Positions 50,736-62,350 are shown, numbered from the stretch's first letter. The stretch: 64,000 nt of DNA from Candidatus Latescibacterota bacterium (GCA_963791045.1 CAWBQK010000017.1:128001-192000); one strand, 5' to 3'. Made by a program: numbers and translations. The notes: generated from the sequence alone by a model not told the origin.

Positions 50736-52571
50736 ATGCGAACATTTATTATATTTCTGCTTTCTGTGGTGGTCGTTACGTCTCTCAATGCGCCGTGCTT
50801 CTCGAAGAGTTACTCGGTCGAGTCGATAGACGTCGATGCGACGGTTCGTCCCGATGGCGCGCTGCGTGTTGTCGAGAGGATTACCTACAATTTTTCGGGA
50901 TCTTACTCTTTCGCGTTTCGGGAGATTCCTCTCAAGCCGGGTGAAGAACTTCATGATATCGAGGTGGCCGATGGCGGAGTTACCTTTTTACCGTCCGCAT
51001 CGAAATCTCCTGGAACATATTCGGTATCGAGAAACGGATCGACACGAACCATAACGTGGTACTACTCCGCCCAGGACGAGAAACGATCATTCGTTTTTTC
51101 ATACACGGTGTCGGGCGTAGTCCACCGGTTCACAGATGTCGCGGAGATCTATTACAAATTCGTCGGGGAAGATTGGGATCGAGCGATCGGTCGTGTTGAA
51201 GTTCGCGTTCATTTGCCCGAATCGGTCCGTTATTCGGATGTCAGGGCCTGGGCCCATGGGCCGCTCCATGGAACGGTGAGGATTCTTCCCGAGGGGGGTG
51301 TGTCGCTTTTTGTGGCGCCGCTTCCGGCCCGAACCTATTGGGAGGCAAGAATCACCTGCCCGGAAGATGTGTTTTCCGGCCTGGCGCTGACAAAGGATGG
51401 CGCCCGTCTCAGCGAGATCCTCGTGGAAGAGGCGGGATGGGCGCAGGAGGCCAACCAACGGCGTGAAGCAAGACAGCAGCGGCTGGAAGACGCCGCCCGT
51501 GAGAGGGACACGAAAGCGGCGTTGGCAAAGAAACTGTTTCCGCTCTCAATAATCCTCGGCCTGGCTGCGCTCGGAATCTGGTTTCTGTACTTCAACCGTT
51601 ATGGCCGGCCGCACGGTGTTGTCTCCAGGACGGTACGCGGTGAAATGCCAAGCGAGCATCCACCCGCGATCCTGTCCTACCTGATGAACCGAACCGTATC
51701 GGGACCGGCAATGGTTGCGACCCTGATGGACCTGGCGAACAGAGGATTTTTGGAAATTCACGAGACGGTGGCCGATAAGAAGGGTTGGTTCGGGAAATCT
51801 AAAAAGGAAATTGATTACCGTTTCGATGTTGTGGCAAAACCGCTCGATGAACTCGCCCCCTACGAACGAGAACTTCTCCAGTTCATGCTCAACGAGGCCG
51901 GTGACTCGAACGGGTTTTCGATGTCCGCGTTCAAGAAAGCGGCGATGAAGAACCGCACGGGATTCCAAAAATGGTTCCGGAAATGGATCAAACAGGTTGG
52001 AGATTACGGAAAATCGTTCGGTTTTTTCGAGCCATATCCGGTCGGAGCGATGGTTATCAATGGTTTGTGCGGCCTGGGAATCATGCTCGCGGGGATGGCG
52101 TTTATTATCTTCTCGGAACCGCATGCGGGGATTGCCGCACTTGTCGGTGGTTTTATCCAGGCGGTTCTCACCGCGTTTCTCAGCCGTAGGACGCAGGAGG
52201 GGCGTCGCCTGGTGTTGGCGTGGCGCGATTTCAAAAAACATTTGAAGTCAATCAGCCGCGGACTGGGTCCAGTGACCCTCGACTCAAATGACTGGAGCCG
52301 GTATCTCGGCGCGGCGATTGTTTTCGGCATGCACAAACAGCTCATTCCCAAACTTCAGGTTAAAGGGGAAAGCGGCGCGATGGTATACCCCGTCTGGTTC
52401 TACGGCGGAGCGTTTGGGAGCGTTGAGCAAAGTGTGACCGGATTGTCGACGGGATTCTCGACAATGATTCAAACCATGTCCACGTCGATGAGTTCCGCAT
52501 CGGGCGCCGGAGGCGGAGCGAGTGGTGGCGGTGGTGGCGGAAGTGGCGGTGGTGGCGGCGGTGCGGGATAA
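50736..52571 (+). CDS. DUF2207 membrane protein
   Basis: DG.LRVVERITY.F, AWAHGPL.G, ATLMDLA.RG, W..FK..L and a Gly/Ser-rich tail. Confidence 0.88.
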   Translation: MRTFIIFLLSVVVVTSLNAPCFSKSYSVESIDVDATVRPDGALRVVERITYNFSGSYSFAFREIPLKPGEELHDIEVADGGVTFLPSASKSPGTYSVSRNGSTRTITWYYSAQDEKRSFVFSYTVSGVVHRFTDVAEIYYKFVGEDWDRAIGRVEVRVHLPESVRYSDVRAWAHGPLHGTVRILPEGGVSLFVAPLPARTYWEARITCPEDVFSGLALTKDGARLSEILVEEAGWAQEANQRREARQQRLEDAARERDTKAALAKKLFPLSIILGLAALGIWFLYFNRYGRPHGVVSRTVRGEMPSEHPPAILSYLMNRTVSGPAMVATLMDLANRGFLEIHETVADKKGWFGKSKKEIDYRFDVVAKPLDELAPYERELLQFMLNEAGDSNGFSMSAFKKAAMKNRTGFQKWFRKWIKQVGDYGKSFGFFEPYPVGAMVINGLCGLGIMLAGMAFIIFSEPHAGIAALVGGFIQAVLTAFLSRRTQEGRRLVLAWRDFKKHLKSISRGLGPVTLDSNDWSRYLGAAIVFGMHKQLIPKLQVKGESGAMVYPVWFYGGAFGSVEQSVTGLSTGFSTMIQTMSTSMSSASGAGGGASGGGGGGSGGGGGGAG

Positions 52572-52636
52572 TCGCGCCGGGGTTGCCGATGGGCGACGCG
52601 ACAATTTGTCTTAAAAAACGATCCAGGAAGAAAAAC

Positions 52637-53395
52637 ATGAAAACGGAAAACGTGGAGTTCGTCAACCGGCGGGGACTCCTTCTGTCGGGTTATCTCGATT
52701 TGCCTGATGCGGGGCCGGCCCGAACGTATGCGATACTGGCGCATTGCTTCACATGCGGCAAAGATCTCAAACCCTTCGTGAATATCAATTCGGCGCTGAC
52801 GTCACGTGGGATCGCGGTTTTGAGATTTGATTTTACAGGACTGGGGGAGAGCGACGGCGATTTCTCGTCGTCGACGCTGAGTTCGAATGTCGAAGATCTC
52901 ATCGACGCCGCGGGATATCTGCAAAACAACCACGGTCCGCCGGGGCTTTTGATAGGACACTCGTTGGGTGGGGTTGCCGTGCTCAACGCCGCTCGGCATA
53001 TCGCGTCGATTGGTGCGGTGGCGACGGTGGCGGCCCCGTTTGATCCGGCGCATCTGGGCGCCAAATTGAGCCGGGCGCGCGAGGAGGCGGCGGAAAAAGG
53101 GGAAGCTCGGGTCAGTATTGGCGGCAGGCAGTTTGAACTTCGGGAGAGCTTTTTTAAAGATCTTGAAGCGACACCGGCCGGTGAGGTTATCGAATCGCTG
53201 GACATGGCGCTTCTTGTTCTTCACTCACCCGCCGACACGATAGTGGAAATAGATAACGCCGGCAAAATTTTCGCGGCGGCGCGGCATCCTAAAAGTTTTG
53301 TTTCGCTGGCGCATGCGGATCACTTGATGTTAAATGAGTCGGACGCCAGTTATGTTGGTGGCGTCATTGCCGCGTGGGCGGAAAATTACATCTGA
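52637..53395 (+). CDS. Alpha/beta hydrolase (type usually fused to OsmC)
   Basis: AHCFTCGKD, RFDFTGLG, GHSLGG and HPKSFVSL..ADHL motifs. Confidence 0.88.
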   Translation: MKTENVEFVNRRGLLLSGYLDLPDAGPARTYAILAHCFTCGKDLKPFVNINSALTSRGIAVLRFDFTGLGESDGDFSSSTLSSNVEDLIDAAGYLQNNHGPPGLLIGHSLGGVAVLNAARHIASIGAVATVAAPFDPAHLGAKLSRAREEAAEKGEARVSIGGRQFELRESFFKDLEATPAGEVIESLDMALLVLHSPADTIVEIDNAGKIFAAARHPKSFVSLAHADHLMLNESDASYVGGVIAAWAENYI

Positions 53396-53410
53396 TAATA
53401 AAGAAGGGGA

Positions 53411-54412
53411 GTGTCACAAATGGAGTACCGGTATCTGGGATCGTCGGGTTTGCAGGTGTCCGCGTTGTCGTTGGGCGCATGGATTACATATGGGGGGCAG
53501 GTGACGGCCGACAAGGCGGATGAGTGCATGGCGGCGGCGTACGAGGCCGGTGTGAACTTTTTTGATAACGCCGAGGGATACGATGCGGGCGCGGCCGAGA
53601 CGGTGATGGGAAAAGTGATAAAGAAAAGGCAGTGGAAGCGGTCGGATCTCGTGGTGTCGACGAAGATATTTTGGGGTGGTAAGGGCCCCAACGACCGCGG
53701 GCTCTCCCGAAAACACATCATGGAGGCGATGGACGCTTCGCTCAAGCGTCTCAAAATGGACTATGTCGACCTTGTGTTCTGCCACCGCCCCGACTACCAC
53801 ACACCGATGGAGGAAACGGTGTGGGCTATGAACATTCTCATTCAACAGGGAAAAGCATTTTACTGGGGGACAAGCGAGTGGAGCGCGGAGGAGATCATGC
53901 GGGCTGTTGCCGTGGCGCGGCGCGAGCATCTCATCCCTCCGACCATGGAACAACCGCAGTACAACATGCTATGCCGTGACAGAGTCGAGGTCGAATACGC
54001 GCCTCTTTATGACGAAATAGGTCTTGGAACGACGATATGGAGCCCGTTGGCGAGCGGTGTTCTGACCGGGAAATACAACGATGGTGTGCCCGAGGGGAGC
54101 CGCTTGTCTCTGAAGGAATACGCGTGGCTCTCCGACTGGGTGCTCGGCGACGATGCCCCGGCTCGTCTCGGCAAAGTCAAGAAACTCGCTTCCATTTCGA
54201 CCGACCTGGGTTGTACCACAGCGCAACTCGCGCTCGCGTGGTGCTTGAAGAATCCGAACGTTAGCACCGTAATAACGGGCGCGACATCGGCGGCGCAGGT
54301 TCAGGAGAACATGAAGTCACTCGATGTCCTCGAGAAAATCGACGACAAGGTTGTGGAAAAAATCGAATCGATTCTCGATAACAAGCCTGTTCCACCTCAG
54401 GACCATCGGTGA
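53411..54412 (+). CDS. Aldo/keto reductase (Kv-beta-like)
   Basis: [34 protein letters not shown] and WSPLASG motifs. Confidence 0.92.
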   Translation: MSQMEYRYLGSSGLQVSALSLGAWITYGGQVTADKADECMAAAYEAGVNFFDNAEGYDAGAAETVMGKVIKKRQWKRSDLVVSTKIFWGGKGPNDRGLSRKHIMEAMDASLKRLKMDYVDLVFCHRPDYHTPMEETVWAMNILIQQGKAFYWGTSEWSAEEIMRAVAVARREHLIPPTMEQPQYNMLCRDRVEVEYAPLYDEIGLGTTIWSPLASGVLTGKYNDGVPEGSRLSLKEYAWLSDWVLGDDAPARLGKVKKLASISTDLGCTTAQLALAWCLKNPNVSTVITGATSAAQVQENMKSLDVLEKIDDKVVEKIESILDNKPVPPQDHR

Positions 54413-54416
54413 GTGC

Positions 54417-54998
54417 CTACGCGTGAATCTCGACGAGCATTTTGGTCAATTTTGATGCGATGGCTTCCACCGCCTCCGATTGCTTGGGATCGACCATCGA
54501 GCCGTCATCGGCGAACGCTTTGTGCGCGTGTGAAATCGCCTTCTGATCGGAAAGCACTATCACCCGCATGTTTTCGAGAAGCGCGCGGAGTTGTGCGAGC
54601 GAGCGCATCCCACCTAGAGCCCCGGGTGATGCGGACATGATTCCAGCTACCCTGCCCTCGAATCCGGCATAAGGTTTTTCACCTTCGAGAGGGCGCGATG
54701 CCCAGTCGATGACGTTCTTCATCAATGGTGTGTAGGTGCTGTTGTATTCCGGGGATGCAATTAAGAAACCGTGGTGGTTGTTGAAAAGCGCTTTGATCTT
54801 TTGAGCGTTTTCGGGGATTCCCTCCGCGGCTTCGAGATCCGCGTCATACAACGGAATGGAATAATCGCGAAAGTCGAGAAGAGTTACCTCCGCCCCCGAG
54901 TTCCGGGCGGCGCCGGCCGCGATGCGGATGAGCTTCTTGTTGAGCGATTCCGCGCGTGAGCTTCCGGCAAAAGCGAGTATCTTTGGAATGAACGGCAT
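54417..54998 (-). CDS. NADPH-dependent FMN reductase
   Basis: GSSR..S.N, SPEYN, KNVIDWASR and SPGALGG motifs. Confidence 0.92.
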   Translation of the reverse strand: MPFIPKILAFAGSSRAESLNKKLIRIAAGAARNSGAEVTLLDFRDYSIPLYDADLEAAEGIPENAQKIKALFNNHHGFLIASPEYNSTYTPLMKNVIDWASRPLEGEKPYAGFEGRVAGIMSASPGALGGMRSLAQLRALLENMRVIVLSDQKAISHAHKAFADDGSMVDPKQSEAVEAIASKLTKMLVEIHA

Positions 54999-55283
54999 AT
55001 CTGTTCTCCTGAAAGTTCATTGGCTGTGATATTGACTCTAAGGCACCTTAAGAAATTCGATATTAACCGCCGGCGTTCCCCTTGGCAATAGCGCAGGGGG
55101 GCTCGATGTGTCGGCGGTGGGGCGATTTTGACCTCAGGTATGAACAGCCCCCATAGCGCTTGACCGGAGCAATTCATTTTGTATAGTTGTGGGGTGTCAT
55201 GCCGCGCTCTGCGGCCGCTCGGGCGCCGCGCATGACGGTTCGGCCGAAATTTGTTCAATTATTCACATAATTCAGGATTATTT

Positions 55284-57785
55284 ATGAGTACATCTCGATC
55301 ACCGAAAAAACCGGCGTCGGTGCCGGCCACTCAATTGCCGGGCAGTCCCGTGGTGGAGGCGTATCGCCGCTGGGGGTATCTTGGGGCGAATATCGATCCT
55401 TTGGGGCGTATGGAATCTGTTGAGCACCCCGATATCATCGACGCTTCCAGCGGTGCTGCCGGTGATGTAATCGAGCGTTGCCGGGCGGTGTATTGCGGAT
55501 CGATTGGTGTCGAGTTCATGCACATCGAAGACCGGGTTCGAACCCGGTGGATTTCAGCATGGCTGGAGTCGGATGATTCCGTACCCGACCCGGTCGAGAC
55601 GGTGGAACGGCTGGCCCGATCCGAGTTGTTCGAGCGTTTTTTGCACACAAGGTATGTTGGGAGCAAGCGCTATTCGATCGAGGGGATTGCGGGGACGATT
55701 ACGCTTCTTGATGCGATTCTGGATCGATTTATCGATCACGATGGGGATATGGCCATGATTGCCATGAGTCACCGGGGACGCCTGAATGTGATGACCAATA
55801 TCGTCAACATTCCCGCGTCGGACATTTTTGCCGCAACAGAAGATATCGACCCGAGAAGCATGCTGGGGGCCGGTGATGTCAAATATCACCTCGGGGCGAC
55901 GGGAATGCACAAAACGCCGAGCGGCAGGGAGTTGAAAGTCCACCTCAACAGCAACCCCAGCCACCTCGAGGCGGTTAACCCGGTTATCATGGGACGTGTG
56001 AGGGCCAAACACGACCGCAGGGGAGAACAAGGTCGCCGGCAGGTTCTTTGTATAACGCTTCACGGGGACGCGTCGTTCGCGGGCCAGGGCGTTGTTGCGG
56101 AAACGCTCAACATGGCGGGGCTCGAATCCTATGACGTCGGCGGCACCATCCGGATCATCGTGAACAATCTTATCGGTTTCACAGCGGAATTTCCGAGACT
56201 GCATTCATCTCGCTTCTCATCCGATCTCGCCAAGCGCCAAACGATACCGATCATCCACGTCAATGGCGAAGACCCGGATGCAATCCATCGCGCGGGAAAA
56301 CTGGCTATGGATTACAGGACGGAATTTGGCGACGACATATTGATCGATATCATCGGTTACCGCCGCTACGGTCACAGCGAAGTCGAGGATCCGTCGATAA
56401 CGCAGCCGCTTCTGTACGAAAAGATCACGGATCGGCCGATGTTGTGGGAGCTTTACGGCAATAAAGTTGGAGAGAGTCCCGAGTCACTTGAGAAAATCAG
56501 GGAGAAAGTATGGTCTGTGCTCGAATCGGAACATGAAATCGGCCGCTCATCCCTCCATCGGCCTGTGATGCACCGGCTGCCCACATACTGGGATCCGTAC
56601 CGCGGTGGACCGTACATTCCCGCGCTCGAAGTTGATACGAGCGTCGGCGAGGATATCGTTCAGGAAGTCGGCGCGAAGATCACATCGTACCCGGATGATT
56701 TCAACATCCATCCAAAGATCAAGCGGCTCTTCGACCAGCGGAAGAAGATGCTGGCCGGTGAGAAATCGGTGGACTGGGGGATGGCGGAGGCGTTGGCGAT
56801 GGGGACTCTACTCTACGAGGGCGTACCCGTTCGATTGACCGGACAGGATTGCCGAAGAGGCACTTTCAACCAGCGCCACGCGATGATAGTCGACACAAAA
56901 ACCGGGGAGGGTTACTACCCGCTCGCCAATCTTCACGCGGACCAGGGAAGGTTCACCGTAATGGATTCGCCGCTGTCCGAGACGGGTGTGCTCGGGTTCG
57001 AGTACGGGTACAGTCGAGAGTATCCGGAAGCGCTTGTTTGCTGGGAGGCACAGTTCGGTGATTTCGCAAATGTGGCGCAGCCGATTCTCGATCAGTTCAT
57101 CACGGCGGGCGAGGACAAATGGAAACTCTTGTCGGGGCTCGTGGTGCTGCTTCCGCACGGTTATGAGGGGCAGGGTCCGGAACATTCCAGCGCGCGGCTC
57201 GAGAGGTTTCTTCAACTTGCCGCGGAAGACAACATTCAGATTTGCCAACCTTCGACGTCGTGCCAGTACTATTATTTGTTGCGGCGCCAGGTCTTGAGAA
57301 TCTGGAGAAAGCCGTTAATTGTCTTTACCCCCAAAGGACTGCTCCGCGCGGAGGCGGCCAGCTCGTCGATCGATGTGTTTTCGGAGGGCGGATGTTTCCG
57401 TTTTGTCCTCCCCGATGCGAAGGTGAGCGACGCTGAGAGGGTTTTGATCTGTTCGGGTAAAATCGCTCACGAGCTTAAGGCGGAACGCGACAAGCGCCAG
57501 GACGACAAGACGGCGGTGATATGCCTCGCCCAGCTTTATCCCTTCCCGAAGAAAGAAATGCAGGAAGAACTCGCCAAACATGGAAATGCGAAAAAGGTGA
57601 TCTGGGTGCAGGAGGAGCCGGCTAACAAGGGCGCGTTGAGCTTTGTGCGCCCGCAGCTGCAGAGATTGCTCGGCGAAAAACACCTGATCACGGTGAAGCG
57701 TTCGGAAAGCGCGAGCCCCGCGACTGGCTCGATCAAAGCGCACAAGATGGAACAGGAAGCGCTGATCCGCCTCGCCTTCGCATGA
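55284..57785 (+). CDS. sucA: 2-oxoglutarate dehydrogenase E1
   Basis: AYRRWG, KRYSIEG, HRGRLN, GDVKYHLG, HGDASFAGQG, WEAQFGDF, LPHGYEGQGPEHSSAR and QEEP motifs. Confidence 0.95.
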   Translation: MSTSRSPKKPASVPATQLPGSPVVEAYRRWGYLGANIDPLGRMESVEHPDIIDASSGAAGDVIERCRAVYCGSIGVEFMHIEDRVRTRWISAWLESDDSVPDPVETVERLARSELFERFLHTRYVGSKRYSIEGIAGTITLLDAILDRFIDHDGDMAMIAMSHRGRLNVMTNIVNIPASDIFAATEDIDPRSMLGAGDVKYHLGATGMHKTPSGRELKVHLNSNPSHLEAVNPVIMGRVRAKHDRRGEQGRRQVLCITLHGDASFAGQGVVAETLNMAGLESYDVGGTIRIIVNNLIGFTAEFPRLHSSRFSSDLAKRQTIPIIHVNGEDPDAIHRAGKLAMDYRTEFGDDILIDIIGYRRYGHSEVEDPSITQPLLYEKITDRPMLWELYGNKVGESPESLEKIREKVWSVLESEHEIGRSSLHRPVMHRLPTYWDPYRGGPYIPALEVDTSVGEDIVQEVGAKITSYPDDFNIHPKIKRLFDQRKKMLAGEKSVDWGMAEALAMGTLLYEGVPVRLTGQDCRRGTFNQRHAMIVDTKTGEGYYPLANLHADQGRFTVMDSPLSETGVLGFEYGYSREYPEALVCWEAQFGDFANVAQPILDQFITAGEDKWKLLSGLVVLLPHGYEGQGPEHSSARLERFLQLAAEDNIQICQPSTSCQYYYLLRRQVLRIWRKPLIVFTPKGLLRAEAASSSIDVFSEGGCFRFVLPDAKVSDAERVLICSGKIAHELKAERDKRQDDKTAVICLAQLYPFPKKEMQEELAKHGNAKKVIWVQEEPANKGALSFVRPQLQRLLGEKHLITVKRSESASPATGSIKAHKMEQEALIRLAFA

Positions 57786-57992
57786 GACGCACGGCATCGT
57801 TGTCGGCAGATAGTAAACCGAGTGCAAATCGCTGTTATCTGCGAATCAGCGATCCGAGCGAACAGCGTGAGCAAAGTGCGGGTATCGTGACCAATGGCTC
57901 CAACAACCCAGGCAGTAAGCCGCACGAAGCTCAAGTGAGCGAGCGTGGGGTAATCGGCGACAGGACCCGCGCCCGCATGAAGTTGAAATATG

Positions 57993-58598
57993 TCAGCGCT
58001 GGTGTCTGCGGGCGGTGAGTGCGGTAAACGACCCGTAGATTGAGGCGGCGGCGAAGACTTTCAATGCGTCGCCGATCAGGAACGGCACGAATCCGAGCTT
58101 GATGGCCAACGAGAGATTGTGCGTGTAGAAAAGTGAGAGATGCAGCACGCCGATCGTGAGAATGACCAAGGCGCCGATCGAGAAAACCGAGAGATGCCAC
58201 GCAAAGCCGTCACGGACCGAAATCAGACGCCCCACGACAAACGCCGCGACGACGAACCCCGCGAGATAACCCCCGGTCGGTCCCATGAGGACGGCGAGTC
58301 CGCCCGCCGCGCCGGCGAGAAACGGAACGCCCAGCATTCCCAACAAAACATAGATCGACTGGCTCAGGGATCCGAAGCGGGACCCGATTATGGCTCCGGA
58401 AAGAAGCACAAAAAGGGTCTGAAGCGTAATGGGCACCGGCTGGATTGGAATCCGGATTTCCGCGCCTGCAGCGGTCAAGCATGCGAACACCACGGCTCCG
58501 GTGAGTCCGACAAGCAGATGTTTGATCGAACGCGGGAGCGGGCGAGCGACAGACTTTAAATCGACGAGAACCGCGGGGATATTCCTGGAATCCGGCAT
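57993..58598 (-). CDS. bioY: Biotin transporter
   Basis: PVPITLQT, Y.LLG..G.P, GPTGGYL.GF and PFLIGD..K motifs. Confidence 0.92.
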   Translation of the reverse strand: MPDSRNIPAVLVDLKSVARPLPRSIKHLLVGLTGAVVFACLTAAGAEIRIPIQPVPITLQTLFVLLSGAIIGSRFGSLSQSIYVLLGMLGVPFLAGAAGGLAVLMGPTGGYLAGFVVAAFVVGRLISVRDGFAWHLSVFSIGALVILTIGVLHLSLFYTHNLSLAIKLGFVPFLIGDALKVFAAASIYGSFTALTARRHQR

Positions 58599-58789
58599 GG
58601 TTTTCCTCCGTTTTGGTCCGCTGAATTTGATTCAAAACCCGCTCCCTGTCAAGGGAAAAGCCGGTTCCGAGCAGGGGGTGGGCGGCGGGTGGACGCGGAG
58701 CTGGGGAACCGGGAAAAGGGTGAATCCTTCTGTTGACCGCGGATAGGACAACGGGTAGTGTCCAAATTGTCTTGAGCCTCAAACGGGAC

Positions 58790-59825
58790 ATGAGAATGGT
58801 ACGGTCGAGGATGAAACGCCTCGGCGGCGTACTGGAGCAGAGCCGGAAGGTCTTGATTGCGTCACACAACAATCCGGACCCCGACTCGATCGTGTCGGCG
58901 CTTCTCCTCAGTTATATCTGCCAGGAAGTCTTTTCTCTGCCCTCGACGATCTCGTACAGCGGTGTAATCGGACGTGCCGAGAACGAATCTCTGCTCGAAT
59001 ACTCGGGGGCGAAACTGATTCCACACGCGAAGCTCGACCTCGACACGTTCGATACGGTGGCGCTTGTCGACACACAGCCCGGGACGGGCAACAACCCCTT
59101 CGATGACGAGAGCCGAGTATCGATCGTGCTCGATCACCACGGCATCCGGCCTGAAACACGGAAGGTGCCGTTTTTTGACGTTCGCGAACATCTGGGCACG
59201 ACAACGACGTTGGTGTATCTCTATTGCCGGGCGTGGGGAATCGAAATCACGGGGCGGTTCGCTACCTTGATGCTCTACGCGCTGAGAAGCGAAACGGCGG
59301 ATATGGGCCGGGAGGCGTCGCCGGTCGACCGGCGAATTTTTAAGGATCTCTACATCGCGGCGGATCTTCGGGCGTTGTCGCAGATAGTTAATGCGAAAGT
59401 CGACGTAGGATACTTCGCCGCCATCCATCGCGCCATCGAAAAGTCTTCCGTCCATGGACGGCTTATCGTCTGCCCAATGGGCCCGCTACCGTACCCGGAC
59501 GCGGCCGCACAGATTGCCGATTATTTTTTAAGATACCGAAAAGTAAGTACGACATTTTCGATAGGCGTCTTCGAAGATATGATCTTGATGTCCCTTCGCT
59601 CGGATGATCCGTCGGCGAAATTGGGAGTGCTTGCTCAAAAGGTGGTGTTGGGTCTTGGAACGGCGGGTGGACACGGGTCAAGCGCAGGCGGGCAGGTATC
59701 AATCGCCGGAAAATCGAGTGAAGAAGTTGAAGACAATCGAGAAAAGACTGATTGATGCATTGCTGAAGGAACTCGGATTAGAAAATGAGATATCCCACAA
59801 ATTGATAAACGAAATCAACGGTTAG
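58790..59825 (+). CDS. DHH-family phosphoesterase (probable insertion near 59727 truncates the ORF)
   Basis: HNNPDPDS, LVD, LDHH, SLRS and AGGH motifs; the alternate frame continues KTIEKRLIDALL to the stop at 59825. Confidence 0.85.
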
Positions 59826-60196
59826 CCCTCGCGAAATTAGCCTGTCTTTAAGGACGAGCACCCCGAAAAAGCTACGCGAATATCGCTACTTCTCCAATGT
59901 TTATGCCCGCCGCACGGAAGTGATTTCAAAAAAGTTCTTGTGAATTTTAGCGCAAAAAATAGTGGCACAAACCTCCGGGTCGACACGCCCTTTATGTTTC
60001 TTGCGGTTCCGGAATATTGTTCACGTGTTACTTTACAGTGTAGGTCGATTCTTACGCTAACATTGGTTAAATAAACGATTTTCGCTTGCTTTTTGCACGA
60101 TTAAGAGCTACGAATAGAGTAGAAGGGCAAAGGGCTGTGAAGCCTGCACGATCAATCGTTGAAACACCAAGAGTCACTGGGTTTCGAGGAGGGTCA

Positions 60197-60625
60197 ATGA
60201 AGAATCCCAAGTTCTTCACGATTGAAGAAGCCGAAAATCTCATCGGTTTGCTTGAAACTACTCTCGAGCGGATCAAGCGGAACAAGCAACAGTTTCTCTG
60301 GCTTCAGGAAGAAATCTCCATACTTGAGTTGGTTGTGGACTGCGGCGCGCACGAAGACAACGCCGACTCGGTCTCGCTCGTATCCAAACAAAAGACATTC
60401 AACAAACTCTCTCGAGAAATCGAGAGGGATGTCGTCGCGATCGACGCGATGGGCTGCGTGCTGCGAGACGTAGACACAGGCGTTATCGATTTCTTCTCGA
60501 TCCAGGATGGAACGGTCGTGTTTCTTTGCTGGAAGAAGGGTGAAGACAATATCATGTACTGGCACCCGATCCGTGAAGGATTTTCAGGGCGCCAGGAACT
60601 GATGCGTTCACCGAGCAAGCGCTGA
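60197..60625 (+). CDS. DUF2203 family protein
   Basis: FTIEEA..L, G..LRD...G.IDF, FLCWK.GE..I.YWH and GFSGR motifs. Confidence 0.85.
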   Translation: MKNPKFFTIEEAENLIGLLETTLERIKRNKQQFLWLQEEISILELVVDCGAHEDNADSVSLVSKQKTFNKLSREIERDVVAIDAMGCVLRDVDTGVIDFFSIQDGTVVFLCWKKGEDNIMYWHPIREGFSGRQELMRSPSKR

Positions 60626-62350
60626 TTAAAGCAGCGTATAGTTGGGACCTTGTCCGCCTTCGGGCGGCGTCCAGCGAATATTGTTCAACGGGCACTTGAT
60701 GTCGCACGTCTGACAATGCACGCAGTTGGTGAAGTTGACCTGCAGGGTCAGTTTTTCCGAGCCTTCCTCTTTTAACATCTCGTACACTTTTGCCGGGCAA
60801 AAACGGTTGCACGGGTATCGGTACGTGTCAACGCATGTGTCGTAACACACCGATGTGTCGATGATCTTGAGGTGCGATGGCTGGTCCTCGTTGTGTTGTG
60901 TCCCCGAGATGTAAACATCCGAAAGCTTGTCGATCGAATAGACACCGTCGCCCGCCGGTTCAACCGGGGCATCGAGCGATCTGCCGTAGTATTCGGCGAC
61001 GGGTTTTGTGGTTTTGTAGTCTTCCTCGATCGTGTCATACGACAACACGTCCCGTCCGCCGGACAGGGTTTGTATCCCGATATGGAAGAAAGCCCTGGGA
61101 AGCCCCATGGAGACGGCGCGGTGAAAGTGCCTGACGCGATGGAGCGTCGCTCCGACCGAGCCGTCGCGCAGTTTTGTCTCGTATGGGGCGAGCGTCTTCT
61201 CTGAGAAATCGTCTTTTTTCAGCCCCTCGAATATCTGCTGGGCGGCGAGCATGCCCGACTTCATGGCCAGGTGGACGCCCTTGAACCGCTGCATGTCGAC
61301 CATCGAGCCCGCTTCGCCTACGATGAGCGCCCCGTCGACCGTGAGTTTGGGCATAGAGAAATATCCACCGGCGCTGACGACTTTTCCGCCGTACTGAATC
61401 GGCTTGCCGCCTTTGAGGATTTCCTTCACAAAGGGGTGCTGTTTGAACTGCTGAAAAAGTGTGTGTTGATCGGTAAAAGGATCTTTGGCGTCAAGGGGCA
61501 CGACGAGTCCGACGGAAATCAAGTTGTCCGCCATATGATACATCCAGGTTCCACCGACCGCGTCGCGCTTGAATGGGTAGCCCATGGTGTGGACCACGCG
61601 CCCGGGCTGAACACGGCCCTCTGGCATTTCGAATATCTCTTTGACGCCCGTTTCGAAAATCTGATTCGCCTTGCCGGAGAGCAGGCCGTGCCGCCGGATG
61701 AGTTCCTTTGACAAGTAGGCCCGCGGTCCGTCGCCAAACACGGTGACTTTTGCTTTGAGGTCGATGCCGGGTTCGAAGTTGCCCTTTTTTTCTCCGGCCG
61801 CGTCGATTCCTTTGTCGCCGGTGCGAACACCCGTGACCACCGAGTTTGCAGCGAGTATTTCCACTCCCGCAAACCCGGGGAACACATTGACGCCGGCTTC
61901 TTCGACAAGCGAACCAAGCCATCGGTTGAACTTTGCCAGGGAGACGATCTTGTTGCCGTGATTGGACATGATCGGGGGCATGAACGGGATTTTGACCGCT
62001 TTCGTGGAGGAAAGGAAATAGATGTCGTCGCTGGTGACATCCGCCTCAATCGGACAGCCCTTCTCCTTGTAATCGGGGATCAATTCCTGGAGCGCGGAAG
62101 GGTCGATAACGGCGCCGGAAAACCCATGGGCGCCGATTTCCTGCGCCTTGTCGATTAGAACGATCATGGGTTCGAGCGGCGATCCCTCGCCGGTCGATTC
62201 GACATTTTTGTTGTGGGCCTCGATCAGGCGCGTCAGGTGGTAAGCGCCCGCGAGCGATGCGGGGCCGCCGCCGACAAACAGAACATCGGATTCGAGGCTT
62301 TCTCGTTCTTCGGCCGTCGATAAGCTCGTGTGACACACAAACGTGTTCAT
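60626..62350 (-). CDS. Electron transfer flavoprotein:quinone oxidoreductase
   Basis: VGGGPA, SGA, GVKE, KGVHLAMKSG, CPAKVY and NCVHCQTCDIK...W.PPEGG.GPNY. Confidence 0.93.
   Translation of the reverse strand: MNTFVCHTSLSTAEERESLESDVLFVGGGPASLAGAYHLTRLIEAHNKNVESTGEGSPLEPMIVLIDKAQEIGAHGFSGAVIDPSALQELIPDYKEKGCPIEADVTSDDIYFLSSTKAVKIPFMPPIMSNHGNKIVSLAKFNRWLGSLVEEAGVNVFPGFAGVEILAANSVVTGVRTGDKGIDAAGEKKGNFEPGIDLKAKVTVFGDGPRAYLSKELIRRHGLLSGKANQIFETGVKEIFEMPEGRVQPGRVVHTMGYPFKRDAVGGTWMYHMADNLISVGLVVPLDAKDPFTDQHTLFQQFKQHPFVKEILKGGKPIQYGGKVVSAGGYFSMPKLTVDGALIVGEAGSMVDMQRFKGVHLAMKSGMLAAQQIFEGLKKDDFSEKTLAPYETKLRDGSVGATLHRVRHFHRAVSMGLPRAFFHIGIQTLSGGRDVLSYDTIEEDYKTTKPVAEYYGRSLDAPVEPAGDGVYSIDKLSDVYISGTQHNEDQPSHLKIIDTSVCYDTCVDTYRYPCNRFCPAKVYEMLKEEGSEKLTLQVNFTNCVHCQTCDIKCPLNNIRWTPPEGGQGPNYTLL

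Noticed and set aside
52500-52570. GGC/GGT-rich repeat
   Set aside because: It encodes the normal Gly-rich tail of DUF2207 proteins.
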